From Felis catus (lineage: Eukaryota): 64,000 nt of DNA. Position 1 is the first letter of the stretch, and every line of letters begins with the position of its first letter. Below are positions 39,112 to 51,688 of the stretch, piece by piece. The DNA lies in assembly GCF_018350175.1 (NCBI RefSeq), contig NC_058368.1, positions 10,230,001 to 10,294,000 of the forward strand. The letters run 5' to 3'. The notes under the pieces are model-generated. The model made no database searches. It was not told where the DNA came from and saw nothing but the letters and a program-made list of their open reading frames with translations. The position numbers and the translations under genes are program-made.

Positions 39112-40236
39112 AGCCACTCCCTGGCCCCATTTACCAACGGGGTAACACGGAAGCTCAGAGGAGTTTAACTTTTTGGAAATAACACCGGAATTGGGTTCAA
39201 ATGCATTTTGGCTGATTCTAAAAGCCTATATCATTTCCACTGGTAAGTGTTGAAGATGGAAGGAGAGTGGAAAATAGGGAGGAGTCTTCTCGTGCATTAA
39301 TGGTGGGATTTGGGGACAAGAACAGGTCCTCTAGGGCGCACCAAGCTTCCTCCCCGAGCCTCTGTATCAGGCGTCAGTGGAGGATCTGAAAGGTGACCCA
39401 ACCCCTCAGCAACAACAGGCAGTGGTGGAGGCAGCGCTAGGAGCAGGTGGGCATGAGGGATCTGATTCTGTCCCTGTCACTTGGTAGCCAAGTGATCCTG
39501 CTCAAGGGGTTCTGCTGGTTTCCTCCTCGATAATGATGATCCCAAGAGTACCTCCCCCTCCAGCAGTCATAAAGATTACTGATGGGGTCATCCACGTATA
39601 GCGCCCAGCACAAGGTCAGATGCCTAATCAGAGAGAAAGAAAAATGATTTTCTACCCACTTCTATTACCTTAGGCGCCCATTTGTCTGCTGACGTGGAAC
39701 AATCCACTTACCTTCCAGGGACTTGGTTACAAAACGATAGTGTGCTCTCCCCTTCCATTTCAGCCCTGCCTCCCTTCTCCCCACCTCCCACCCTCTCACT
39801 ACACACCCAGCCCCGCGACCCTGAGGGCACCTTGATCCCTCAGAGTTCCTTGAAATAAACTTATATCAAAAAGACATTCCCCCTAGAGCTGAATACTGTT
39901 AACTCTGGCCTGCATAAAGCAACAAATTGTCACAGGATCTATTCCAGCCCCACCCTGTGCCATTCCTCGTTATTCCTTTTATAGTGATGTTGTCAGCAGT
40001 TGGTGAAACAAAGCCCAGGGCTTCAACTCGCACTGAGTTGTGTTGCCGTAACTGGGTATTATTTGCTTCAGTCCCTTTATCACACAAGATATATACTTGC
40101 GTGATTTCAGAAGGAGACGTAACCCTCCTCCAGGCTGAATAGAACTGCCAGATCCGGACCAAGTTTAGTCTTGCATTTTTATTTAGAAACAGCGCTTAGA
40201 ACTGCTTGGTGTTCATCTGTTCTCTTTTCATTCTAG

Positions 40237-40342
40237 AAAACCAACAGGTACGCTGAAAAGCCACACAGCTCCAGTGATCGACATCCATGCATCTGCTGAG
40301 GATAACGAAATATCTTCCAGGTCCTCGGACAACACTATTAAG
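40237..40342 (+). pseudogene. Exon 6 (KPTGTLKSHTAPVIDIHASAEDNEISSRSSDNTIK)
   Basis: ttcattctAG acceptor, AAG|gtcttt donor, 106 nt; WD repeat SH...D-N-T-I-K. Confidence 0.88.
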
Positions 40343-40925
40343 GTCTTTGCCCTTTTATGTTTTGATACATTGCCCAACAGTTTCCGATAGAGAATGAATG
40401 TGTTCTTTTCCTGTTTTCTTTCTCCTCTTCAGCTTTAGAGGCCTCTGCATTAGCAGATACTCAAATGGTAGTTACATTAGCAGGATTTGTTTTGGAAAAA
40501 GAAGATACGTGGGCAATGGAAGGGTAGTCTCTTAGAAAATTTTCTATACCTGGTGTTTTGTTGGGATGAGTAAACGTTATGGCATTTCAGCCCCCGTTTG
40601 CATGCTGCCCTGATTCCCCCGGGAGAATGTATGTTGGAGGATGGAGAGGAGGAGCAGGGGACAGAATGGGGACACGGGGGAGGCAGCAGTCCCTTGCTAC
40701 TATTGGCCATCTCATTGTGCGATACACATAGGGCAGGTGGGCCTTTTCTGAAATGTTGTCTGTAAGGCTTAGGATTTAAACACTTAGAGTCCTTTAGAAG
40801 CAGTGATATTACCATTTTCATTTTGTTTGCCTTCACACCTCTTTTTGTACTTGTATACCTAGGGTCCCATCTACCTCTAAAATTCAGTTGCCCCTGTGAT
40901 CTTTGTAATGCGTTGCTTTTCTACC

Positions 40926-40927
40926 GA

Positions 40928-40990
<63 letters not shown>
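40926..40990. repeat. (GAAA)16 microsatellite
   Basis: Perfect array read directly. Confidence 0.97.
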
Positions 40991-41214
40991 TTCACTGATT
41001 TGCTTTTTCCATCATTTCATATGCTTTTCCAAAGAATATGAAAAGTTTTCATGATTTCATCCTTTTTTTTTTTTACTCTCATGGGGCCAGAGGGTGGGAG
41101 TTTAGAGCAGTCTGAGTCAAAGAACTCCTGGAGCCTCAGGCAAGTCAGTATGACTGGTCAGTATAGACACATAAACCAGTTCACTGACCACTCACATAAT
41201 AAATGATTTACAGA

Positions 41215-41501
41215 TGCTCTGGGCTGAATCATATTCCCTCAAAATCTACACGTTGAGGTCTTAACCACCAGTGCCTTACAATGTGACTATGTCTGGAGAC
41301 GGGGCCTATAAAGAAGTAATTGAAGTGACGTGAGGCTATATTGGTGGGCCCTAATCCAATATGATGGGTGTCCTTGTAAGAAGAGGAAATCAGCACACTT
41401 AGAGGAAGAGCAACCATGGGAAGACACCACAAGAAGGTGGGCATCTGCAAGCCGAGGAGCAAGGCCTCAGAAGAAAGCAAACCTGCCGACACCTCAATCT
41501 A
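41215..41501 (+). mobile_element. MaLR LTR (MLT1B-like), 3'-truncated, abutting L1
   Basis: gggctgaat...atgtgactatgtctggagac...gtgggccctaatccaatatga...ggcctcagaagaaagcaaacctgccgacacc. Confidence 0.85.
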
Positions 41502-42715
41502 GGAGTTAAATCCCTAAGCGCACGCCATATATAAAAGTTAACTCAGAATAGGCCATAGACCTAATGTAAAAAGAGCTACAATTTCAAAACTCTTGGGATA
41601 AAACATAGGAGTAAGTCCTCATGACCTTGGACTAGGGAATGATTTCTTAGATATGATATCAAAAACACAAGAGACAGAAAGAAGGAGAAAATAAATGAGT
41701 TGGACGCCATCAAAATTAAAAACTTCAGAAGACACCATTAAGAAAATGATTAGACCGCCTACAGAATGGGAAAGAATTTTGCCGATCACACATCTAACAA
41801 GGGACTTGCACGTAGAATACCAAAAAATCTGTATGCTCAATAATAAAAACACAAATGGCTTGACTTAAAAATGGGCAAAGGACTTGAACAGAAATTTCCT
41901 CAAAGAAATATTCAAATGGCCAATAAACACATGACAAGATGCTTCACATCATTAGTCATTAGGGAAATGCAAAACAAAACCACCGTGAGTTACCACTTCA
42001 TACCCATTAAGATGGCTAAAACAAGAATATAGATAATAACAAGCGTTGGCAAGGATGCAGGGAAATCAGAGCCCTCCATACATTGTTAGTGGGAATTTAA
42101 AATGGTGCAGCCACTTTGGAAAACATTTTGGCAGTTCTTCAAACATTAGCCATAGAGTTATCTTATGACCCACCAATCCTACTCCTAGATTTACACCCAG
42201 GAAAATTGGAAACTTATGTTCACACACTTACATATGAATATTCAGGGCAACATTATTCATAATAGCCAGAGAGTGGAAATAACCCAAATGTCCATGAACT
42301 AATAAGTGGATAAACAAGACGTGGCATATCATTATGATGAACTTTTCCTCAGAAACAAAAAGAAATGAAGTACTAGTATGTGTTACAACATGGATGAAAC
42401 TTGAAAAGTTTATGTTAAGTGAAAGCCAGTCACAGAAGGCCATGTATTGGATGATCCCATTTATATGAAATGTCCAGAATTGGCAAATCCACAGGGACAG
42501 AAACTTGTTTAGTAGTTGCAGGGAGGAGGGCGGAGGGATAGGGAGTGGCCGCTAATGGGTATGGGGGTTCTTTTTGAAGTAATGAAAATTTTTCGAAATT
42601 AAACAATGCTGATGGTTGCACAATTCTGTGAATATGCTAAAAACCCCTGTATTATATGCTTTAAAAATGTGAATTTTTTGTGATGTAAATTATATCTCAA
42701 TAAAACCGTTATTTT
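41502..42715 (+). mobile_element. Old L1 (L1MB-like) ORF2 end and 3' UTR
   Basis: Degenerate ORF2 motifs and typical 3' end (gatggttgcacaattctgtgaatatgctaaaa...tatatctcaataaa). Confidence 0.9.
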
Positions 42716-43852
42716 TTTTTAAGGAGGGGGAGAGGAGAGAGAAAGAGGAGTCAAGGGGGACACCAAGGCTTTGGGCCCCACCCAACTGAGACAGGGCAGA
42801 TAGTGGGTAGAAGGAGCCTGACCAGGAGCTCAGTAGTAGATGTGTTGGATAGAGTCATCCTGTGTTGAGGGGAGATGTCAGAACTGGAGATATAAATTTG
42901 GAATTCATTAGCATTTAGATGAAATTTTAAGCCATGGAGTGGATGAAATAGAAAAGAGAACAAGAGTGGGCAATGGGGAGAAAAGCCTCAAAGACTGAGC
43001 ACAGGGACACTGCCATGTTGATAGGATCCAATATGGCTCCTGTATAGTGACCTTAGAGTCCACCTCATGGCACCAATGACGACATTTTACATAAAATTAA
43101 TTGTTGACATCACAGGTCGTGATGCAACCAGGACCCAAATTCAATTCAGTCCTCCAAGAAAATTTGATTAAAATGGTAAAACCTATGGACTTCAGTTTTT
43201 GATTTATTTTGAAAATCAGATCCATCCAAAGGCATCCTCAAAGCCACAAAGTTGGAGACTTCATATTTTTAATGAGCTCTTTTTCCTCAAAACTTGGCAC
43301 CATCAGAAAATCATAATTCTGTATGTAAGAACACGTCTTCTATCCTATTTTCTTTTCCTAGTGCCTCTCCATTTTCTTCCAATCTAAAATCATGATTACA
43401 AGATTAGCATCTTGCCTGTGATGATTCAGGCATATTGAATCACTTCCCAAAATGTGTTTAAAATATATTGAAATCCTATCTTGGAAATATGGTGTGTAAT
43501 TTATTTCAGAATACATTATTCCTATCAAATAAAAAGTAATCAACCAGGAACCAAACAGCTAAATTTCTAGCATGCCTGATCAGATGGTCTTCGTTCTTTG
43601 AATTGATTTTTCAGCCCAAATATTTCACTTCTCTAAATCATGGGGACACATGGAACGTTTCAGGAGTCTGCTGGTTTCTGGCATTACTCTAAAGGAGAGT
43701 AAAGTGACAGGTTCGGTTTTCTGTTTTCACTTGTTATTTTCTGTGAATTTAACATTGCACACCACAAAGACGGCTGTTTTGTGTTAACGGGAATCAGTAC
43801 AGAAAAGTGATTTCTTGAAAGAAAGTTATTTCTTGGAAGGAAGATAGCACGG

Positions 43853-44245
43853 TGTATCAGCTGAGGTAAGGCTTGCCACTGTAACAAATAAACCCCATAT
43901 TTTCTAGAGGTTGAGACAACAGAAGGTTATTCCTGTTTGTTTTCATAACCCAAGGCCAGTGCTCCTGGTGAGGGGCATTTTTCTCCCATTCAAGAACTAG
44001 GCTGTCTTCATGTGGGGTCCTAGACTCCCAGAGTCTTCTTCATCCTGGGGCGATGGGCATGAGAGCAGATAACGCATATCTGCCTCTTAAAACCCCAGCC
44101 ATAAATGACCCATCACTTTCTTTCAGACTCTACTGTGAAGTTCATAACTCTGGGTGGAAGGGAAACCAGGAAATGCCTTATTTTGGTGGCCATTCCCCAG
44201 AAACACCTTTCTAGTGTGGACAGAGAAGTGTGCATTTGGGGGTGG
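43853..44245 (-). mobile_element. Old MaLR LTR (MLT1J/K-like)
   Basis: tgtatcagctgaggtaaggcttgccactgtaacaaataaacccc terminus. Confidence 0.6.
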
Positions 44246-44254
44246 GGTACAGAA

Positions 44255-44955
44255 TGCTTTGGAGAAATACAGACTTGAGTTTAAACTCTGAAACTACCAG
44301 AAACTCAGTGACCTTGGGTGAAGGATTCAATCTTGCTAAACTCTTGGACATTGGTCACTCTTAATTCTCTTGGTCATTGGTCACTCTTAATTCTCTTGGA
44401 CATTGGTCACTCTTAATTCTCTTGGTCATTGGTCACTCTTAATTCTCTTGGTCATTGGTCACTCTTAATTCTCTTGGACTTTGGTCACTCTTAATTCTCT
44501 TGGTCATTGGTCACTCTCAATTCTCTTGGACATTGGTCACTCTTAATTCTCTTGGTCATTGGTCACTCTCAATTCTCTTGGACATTGGTCACTCTTAATT
44601 CTCTTGGTCATTGGTCACTCTTAATTCTCTTGGACTTTGGTCACTCTTAATTCTCTTGGACTTTGGTCACTCTTAATTCTCTTGGTCATTGGTCACTCTT
44701 AATTCTCTTGGTCATTGGTCACTCTTAATTCTCTTGGACTTTGGTCACTCTTAATTCTCTTGGACTTTGGTCACTCTTAATTCTCTTGGTCATTGGTCAC
44801 TCTTAATTCTCTTGGTCATTGGTCACTCTTAATTCTCTTGGACTTTGGTCACTCTTAATTCTCTTGGACTTTGGTCACTCTTCTGCAAAATGACCCACCT
44901 GGTAGGTTAGTTGTGCTCATAAAAGATAAGGTATGAACTGTGCTCACCACAAAGT
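44255..44955 (+). mobile_element. MIR SINE split by a minisatellite
   Basis: 5' part acagacttgagtttaaa...gtgaccttggg; 3' part tctgcaaaatg...cccacctggtaggttagttgtg. Confidence 0.6.
44341..44882. repeat. 26-bp minisatellite, about 21 units (CTCTTGG[AC/TC][A/T]TTGGTCACTCTTAATT)
   Basis: Read directly: 20 full units plus a 22-bp partial unit; three main variants. Confidence 0.98.
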
Positions 44956-46219
44956 AGTTTTACCAGTTAAGACTCTTTTAGGCCAAAGAGACAAAAATCT
45001 AATTCAAATAGTCTAAGCTAAAAAGGGAGAATTTGTTGGTTATTGAAACCCGATCATCAGACAGGTGGCCTCACAGGCAACTGGGTTCAAACACGGCACT
45101 GTTGTTTCTACACTTTCTGCCTGCGCTACGAATTTCTGCTCCTTGGTGCACACTGATATTGACTCCTACTGCAGAAAGGTTTTCTCCTTCCAAATGGCTG
45201 GGACCATTGATGCCCAGTCTAAACCCACAACCCAATTCCAGATTCACTATCAGCTCTAGACAGAAAAATCTAAGGGAAGACACAGATTGACCAGGCTTGG
45301 GTCCGTCCCATGTCTACTGCTTATAATCAGAGAGGCAGTTCTCCCAACAGAAGACACAAGGGTGCTGGACAGACCATGGGTAGGTCAGTGATACGAATTT
45401 GTTGTAGCTGCTTTTACTTTGGGGATTTAATGCCAACTTGCTGAATCAATGACAACAGCAGTGTGAAGAATTCCTTCCTACCTTTCCCTTTCACAGACCT
45501 TGTAGGGGTCCCTCTATAGCATTCCAACTAAGATCCCTCTGCCAGGCTCCAGAATTACCTTATTTTTGTCCTCATCAAAACCTTCTCTCTCTCAGTAACA
45601 TTATCTCATGAAGTAAGAAGAAATTACTAGATAAATGGATTCTTATTGTGGTTTAAGTGACCGTGTGTTACCTTTCTATCCAGGAAAATGAGTGTTTTCA
45701 AACAATTTAGTTCTCCAGAAAGGAAGGGGGGACATCCCTTGAACAAGAAGGGCCTGGGATCATCTTTTCCATGGGATTATTTTACTTTGATCACTATTGT
45801 CACCCCGAGACTGACCTCCCAAAGTGTATTGCTTCCTGCCTTTCATGCCATGACCTAAAAATCACAGCTAAAAAAGCAGGCTAGAACTTTCCAAGTGAGT
45901 TTGCTACCTGCTGGGGAGAACTAAGGAAAACTAACAGTATAAATACAACAAATAAGAGTCTGGCCTAAGGGGTAAAGGCTTCAAATTTCCTGATAGCTGA
46001 TTTGCTTCCTGGAGTCTCAAAGTGGGGGGAAGAAGCCCCATCCAAGCACATCCCACCCAGCTTAGCCCTCAGATTTTCCAACGCAGCTCTGGCGGGAGAC
46101 GAGCCTAAGATGGGCTCTTTTTTACTTTAGCGGCTCACTAGGTCTGCGTCAGGAGAGTCACTGAACCTCGCCGGAACCCGGTGGATTATACCTACCTCCC
46201 AAAGTTGGTTTCGGATCTA

Positions 46220-46639
46220 ATTAGTTTGTGACAAAATACCTCAAGCTGGGTGGCTTGAAGAATGGAAAGGTTCGTCTCGCAGTTCTAGAGGCCGGAAGTC
46301 TAAAATCAAGGTATTAGCAGGTCTGGTCCCTTCCGAGACTGAAGGGAGAGACTGCCTCCCTCCTCGCTGCTGGGGGTTCGCTGGCAACTTTTGGCGTTTT
46401 TGCCTCATAGAAGCGTCACCCTGATACTTGCCTTCATCTTACGTGACACTCTCCCCTTCGGTGCATCTCTCTCCAAACTCCCCCTTCTTACAAGGACGGC
46501 AGTCAAACTGTCTGAGGCGTGACTTCATCTCTGCTCGTCGCGCCAGACTCCAGCCCTATTTCCAAATGAGGGCACATTCTGAAATACTGGGGGTTGTTCA
46601 ACATACGAGTTCTGGGGGGACGCAACTCAGCCCCTAACG
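46220..46639 (-). mobile_element. MaLR LTR (MLT1B/C-like)
   Basis: ctgggtggcttgaa...cagttctagaggccggaagtctaaaatcaagg...cacattctgaaatactgggggtt. Confidence 0.8.
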
Positions 46640-46869
46640 AAGAGTAGATGAAACGACGCATGGAAAGCATTTAACACAATGCCTGGCGCGTGCCAGCCCA
46701 CTAAGCAACAGCTGCCTTCGTGATGATTCTGTCTTCCCAGTTTTGCACTTGGCCCATCTGCTCCTCCCCAGGGAGTGAGCCCTCCCTTGCAGCTCTCATC
46801 AGATCACCTTAAAATAACACAAGAGCCGTGGCATGACTTTATGCAATAATCGTAATAAAGGATTAACAA

Positions 46870-47095
46870 TAATATTAGCGTTCTAATCACATACCATTAT
46901 ACTGTGGCCTAGCCATGATCCTAAACGCTGTTTTTGTTAATATTTAAGAAGTCCTAAGACTTTAAAGTCCTATAAGATAGGCACTATTATTAGTCTCCCT
47001 ATTTTACAGATGAAGAAACTGAGGGAAAGGGAGAGTGGTAATTTGCCCAAGGCCACCCCAGGCAAGGGGATTCTGGACCTCCATGCCCTTAACCA
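46870..47095 (-). mobile_element. MIR SINE
   Basis: attttacagatgaagaaactgagg...atttgcccaaggccac core. Confidence 0.75.
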
Positions 47096-47552
47096 ATAAC
47101 CACGCTGAGGTCTGTTCCCTGAGTGCTCCAAATATCTCCCCAGTGGCTGGTATGGAAGAACTGTGTTAAGGAGTGGGAACGTATCTGGGAGACGGGGCTA
47201 GCTCTGTGCCCAAATCTGACCCACGATGTCGAGCTCCGGCTTTCAGCCGGTCCACGGGAAGAGAAGCCACTGGCCGCTCCTATGGTGGCTTGGCCTCTGG
47301 CATCCCTGCTCCGTGGGCAGCTTCAGCATGGCAGAGGGGCTCAGGGACAAGGGCCCCGCTTTCTGCTTCCTTTACAAACAACGGGGGACAAGAAGCCCCT
47401 TTCACCCTTTTTCCTTTTGGTGAGTGGGGGCAGGGCAGCGTGTAAACTTCCGTCAGTCCTGACCAGACCCCTGCCCCAGGTGACGGCTTCGGAAACACAG
47501 CAAAGCAGCCGGTTCACGACCTCCGGTGACTTTTTCCTCATTTCCTCCTCAG

Positions 47553-47704
47553 AAATGGGATCTGGAAACAGACAGCCGCTTGTTTACGGCCTCCTCCAAA
47601 GCCAGTGGTATCCAGGGGGAGGGCGTGGCCTGCCTCTATCTCCCCCACCCCAGAGCCCTGCATGTGGCCACCGACACGATTGCACCCCTGCACCTGCGAC
47701 TCAG
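47553..47704 (+). pseudogene. Exon 7 (KWDLETDSRLFTASSKASGIQGEGVACLYLPHPRALHVATDTIAPLHLRLR)
   Basis: Long pyrimidine tract plus AG, AG|gtatga donor, 152 nt; completes the TIK-xWD repeat end. Confidence 0.88.
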
Positions 47705-49977
47705 GTATGAGGTTACCCTCTTGGCCCCAAGCCGTCAGCTGTCTAGAGGGCACGGCGAGCCCAGTGCAGCTGCCTGCAACCTTTTATATCACGATCCACA
47801 GTTAAGGCCTCTGGGTGACCTCCTCAGCTCTATGCCCCACGTCCTTACCTTGCACTATGTGTTTGGTGAGCTCCCTTTAACAGCTCCCATTAATCACTCC
47901 AGCACCACCTCCCTATGTTATCCAGAAGTCTGGAATTTACCTCTCGAGCCCTTATCGACCCACTGGCTCTATGTCTATAGGAAATTGTCCAGGAAGCCCT
48001 GGAGGCCCACATCTGAGACCCCATCCCTACAGCAGGGTAGCCATTCAGTCCCAGGTGATGAGACGGGTCCTTGTGGAGGGTCCCCTAGCAGGCTTCTCCT
48101 GCCCAGGGCCCTTAAATGCCTTGAAGACTTGTCTCCCTGATTCCTCTACAAATGAGGCTGCCTCGGTTGCCTCGGCACCCCTTTGCCAGGCCACCTGTCA
48201 TTTCCTCCTCGGAATGACATTTCCTCCTCGGCCAGGAAAGTGGGTGCCGGCTGCCCTTTCCACGGTCAGGGAGGTCACTCACACAATCCTCCCCTTAGCG
48301 CCGAATGTCCCCTCCAGGGCCCGCCCCTGGCCTGCCTAGGCTGAGACTGCCTGGTCTTCCTGAAGAGTTTAAGTCCCGCCTCCCGGAGACCCACGAGGCA
48401 CCTAGCACAAGGCTGCAGTTTTACAGATGAGCGACGCAGGCCGGGAGAAGGGAATGAATTGGGAGTCTGGAGCAGACCTGGGGCTAGACCGCCTCTCCAG
48501 ATGCCTGGCACCCGGCCTCCTCCCTGTGTGGTGCTCCTCCCACTGCAAGGGCAAAAGTCTGTCTGAGATTTCGAAGGGGAAGGAGAGCTCAGTGCTTATT
48601 ACTATTTTTTAAGTAGACAATGGGAAGCACATTGTCTAGTCTTCCTTCTCCAGAGCCCGCAGGGAGGCTTCTCTCAGATGCTCCTAAGAGGCACGTGTCG
48701 GGGGTAAAGAGCTTCCCTGGGCCCAGTTGTCTCGAGGTAGATCAGACCTCTTCCCCGGGCTCAGCAGGGCTGGCCAGGCTCACTGCCGGTGCTTTGAGAA
48801 GTGACGGGCCCTCGGAACGTCATTAGAGCCTTCTCGTGGTTCCAACCTGGCCCCTGGCTATTCCCCCCACCCCACCATCCCTCATTCTCTGCCTGCAGTT
48901 TCCCTCTCGGTGTTCAGCAAGATTCCGAATCCCAAATCTGCCTTTGAAAACCAAGGAAAGGAGGCAGGGAAGGTTTAGGCTGGCTACCGCGGTTTGTAGG
49001 TGTCACATCCCCTCTATATGAAAATGGCAAATGGATTTCCTGAGCCAAAAATGATGGCATACGGTCTCGAAAAGTGTTCTGTTTTTTTGATTTGTGAACA
49101 TATGTCTGGGAAGAACCTTTATTGTGTTCAGTGACTAAACCACAGATCAAGAATTAACTCTACAGAAAAGCCATCAGATTTCACAGCACCAAAACTCTAC
49201 TGAAAAGTCCAGCGTGTATGGCCGCTGCCCGTGTCTGTAGCCACCCTTCCTAATTTGCCACCCTGAGGCCACGGGGAAGTCTCCCGTGGATCCAGAGCAC
49301 CTGGCAGAACTCCCACCCGGTCATCGTCATAGCCAGGCCTGGGAGAGCAGGCGCTTTGCTCAAGATGTCAGAGCAACTGGCTGAAAAGAGGGACTTCCGT
49401 CAATCAGGCGGCTGTTTGTTCTACATGGTATCAGTGTGTAGAAAAACAGCCTGTTGGATTTTTTTTTTAAGCGAAGAGACTGAAATTCCACCTCGTGGCA
49501 AAAACAGACTCAGTCTCTAGCGCCAACACTTAGGTGCCAGATAATGTCTGCCGGTCCCTGCTCTGTCGCTTGGGAGCTTTGTGATCTTGATCAAGTGACC
49601 TGGTCCTTCTCAGCCTTCTGGTGGTTCCACCTGCGAAGCGGGGAGACTCAGCGCCTTCCACCCCGCGTTGGGGAAGGGATGTAGGTAAAGCCAGTAGGCT
49701 CTAGCTACAGGCCCGGCGCTTTCTCCCTGGGACTGTGCCCCACACACCCTTCCCTCCTCCTCCCCACCAGGCAAGACTCTGCCATCACAGGAGTCGAGAG
49801 ACCATTCATGGGAAAGTGCAAATCGTCCTTCTGTCAAATGTTATTTTTCCTTGGAAAGGATTCCACACACTGGGAATAGTCTGGCACTAAGTTGGAGGTT
49901 TCAGACCCACTGAACGTCTTCTAGTGGCCCAGCCTTGGAACCCGGGCATTGGAGGGACAATCAAGAGAGAAGGCAGA

Positions 49978-51380
49978 TGGCACAAAAACAGACACATAGA
50001 CCAATGGAATAGAATAGAAACCCCAGAACTAGACCCACAAACGTATGGCCAACTCATCTTTGACAAAGCAGGAAAGAACATCCAATGGAAAAAAGACAGT
50101 CTCTTTAACAAATGGTGCTGGGAGAACTGGACAGCAACATGCAGAAGATTGAAACTAGACCACTTTCTCACACCATTCACAAAAATAAACTCAAAATGGA
50201 TAAAGGACCTGAATGTGAGACAGGAAACCATCAAAACCTTAGAGGAGAAAGCAGGAAAAGACCTCTCTGACCTCAGCCGTAGCAATCTCTTACTCGACAC
50301 ATCCCCAAAGGCAAGGGAATTAAAAGCAAAAGTGAATTACTGGGACCTTATGAAGATAAAAAGCTTCTGCACAGCAAAGGAAACAACCAACAAAACTAAA
50401 AGGCAACCAACGGAATGGGAAAAGATATTTGCAAATGACATATCGGACAAAGGGCTAGTATCCAAAATCTATAAAGAGCTCACCAAACTCCACACCCGAA
50501 AAACAAATAACCCAGTGAAGAAATGGGCAGAAAACATGAATAGACACTTCTCTAAAGAAGACATCCGGATGGCCAACAGGCACATGAAAAGATGTTCAAC
50601 GTCGCTCCTTATCAGGGAAATACAAATCAAAACCACACTCAGATATCACCTCATGCCAGTCAGAGTGGCCAAAATGAACAAATCAGGAGACTATAGATGC
50701 TGGAGAGGATGTGGAGAAACAGGAACCCTCTTGCACTATTGGTGGGAATGCAAATTGGTGCAGCCACCCTGGAAAGCAGTGTGGAGGTTCCTCAGAAAAT
50801 TAAAAATAGACCTACCCTATGACCCAGCAATAGCACTGCTAGGAATTTATCCAAGGGATACAGGAGTACTGATGCATAGGGGCATTTGTACCCCAATGTT
50901 CATAGCAGCACTCTCAACAATAGCCAAATTGTGGAAAGAGCCTAAATGTCCATCAACTGATGAATGGATAAAGAAATTGTGGTTTATATACACAATGGAA
51001 TACTACGTGGCAATGAGAAAAAATGAAATATGGCCTTTTGTAGCAACGTGGATGGAACTGGAGAGTGTGATGCTAAGTGAAATAAGCCATACAGAGAAAG
51101 ACAGATACCATATGGTTTCACTCTTATGTGGATCCTGAGAAACTTAACAGAAACCCATGGGGGAGGGGAAGGGGAAAAAAAAAAAAAGAGGTTGGAGTGG
51201 GAGAGAGCCAAAGCATAAGAGACTGTTAAAAACTGAGAACAAACTGAGGGTTGATGGGGGGTGGGAGGGAGGGGAGGGTGGGTGATGGGTATTGAGGAGG
51301 GCACCTTTTGGGATGAGCACTGGGTGTTGTATGGAAACCAATTTGACAATAAATTTCATATATTAAAAAAAAAAAAAGAG
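49978..51380 (+). mobile_element. Young 5'-truncated LINE-1 (carnivore/felid type): ORF2 C-terminus, 3' UTR and poly(A)
   Basis: Uninterrupted frame 49978-51138 ([12 protein letters not shown]...[18 protein letters not shown]...[11 protein letters not shown]), G-rich 3' UTR, AATAAA, A-tail, 14-bp TSD AGAGAGAAGGCAGA at 49964-49977 and 51381-51394. Confidence 0.97.
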
Positions 51381-51494
51381 AGAGAGAAGGCAGAGCAGTG
51401 GTACTGGGAACCAACACTCATTTATTTAGTGTTCACTGCATGCCAGGCTTCTCCAGACATTTTACATACTTTTCCTCACTCCTCACAAAATTTC

Positions 51495-51520
51495 TTTTTT
51501 TTTAAAGTTTATTTATTTAC

Positions 51521-51565
<45 letters not shown>

Positions 51566-51688
51566 CAAGCAGGCTCCACACTGCCAGCACAGAGCCTGAT
51601 GCAGGGCTCAAACTCATGAACCATAAGATCATGACCTGAGCCAAAATTAGAGTCAGGTGCTTAACCAACTGAGCCACCCAGGCACCCC
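51495..51688 (-). mobile_element. Can-SINE
   Basis: tttatttattt tail, (GA)n, ends ccacccaggcacccc. Confidence 0.95.

Noticed and set aside
44341..44882. CRISPR-like array
   Set aside because: Head-to-tail units with no unique spacers, in a mammalian genome; it is a minisatellite
49924..49977. 404-aa ORF as a host-L1 fusion protein
   Set aside because: It starts at GTG in flanking DNA. The nearby AG (49923-49924) needs a phase-1 intron but exon 7 exits in phase 2, so there is no in-frame fusion; it is simply L1 ORF2
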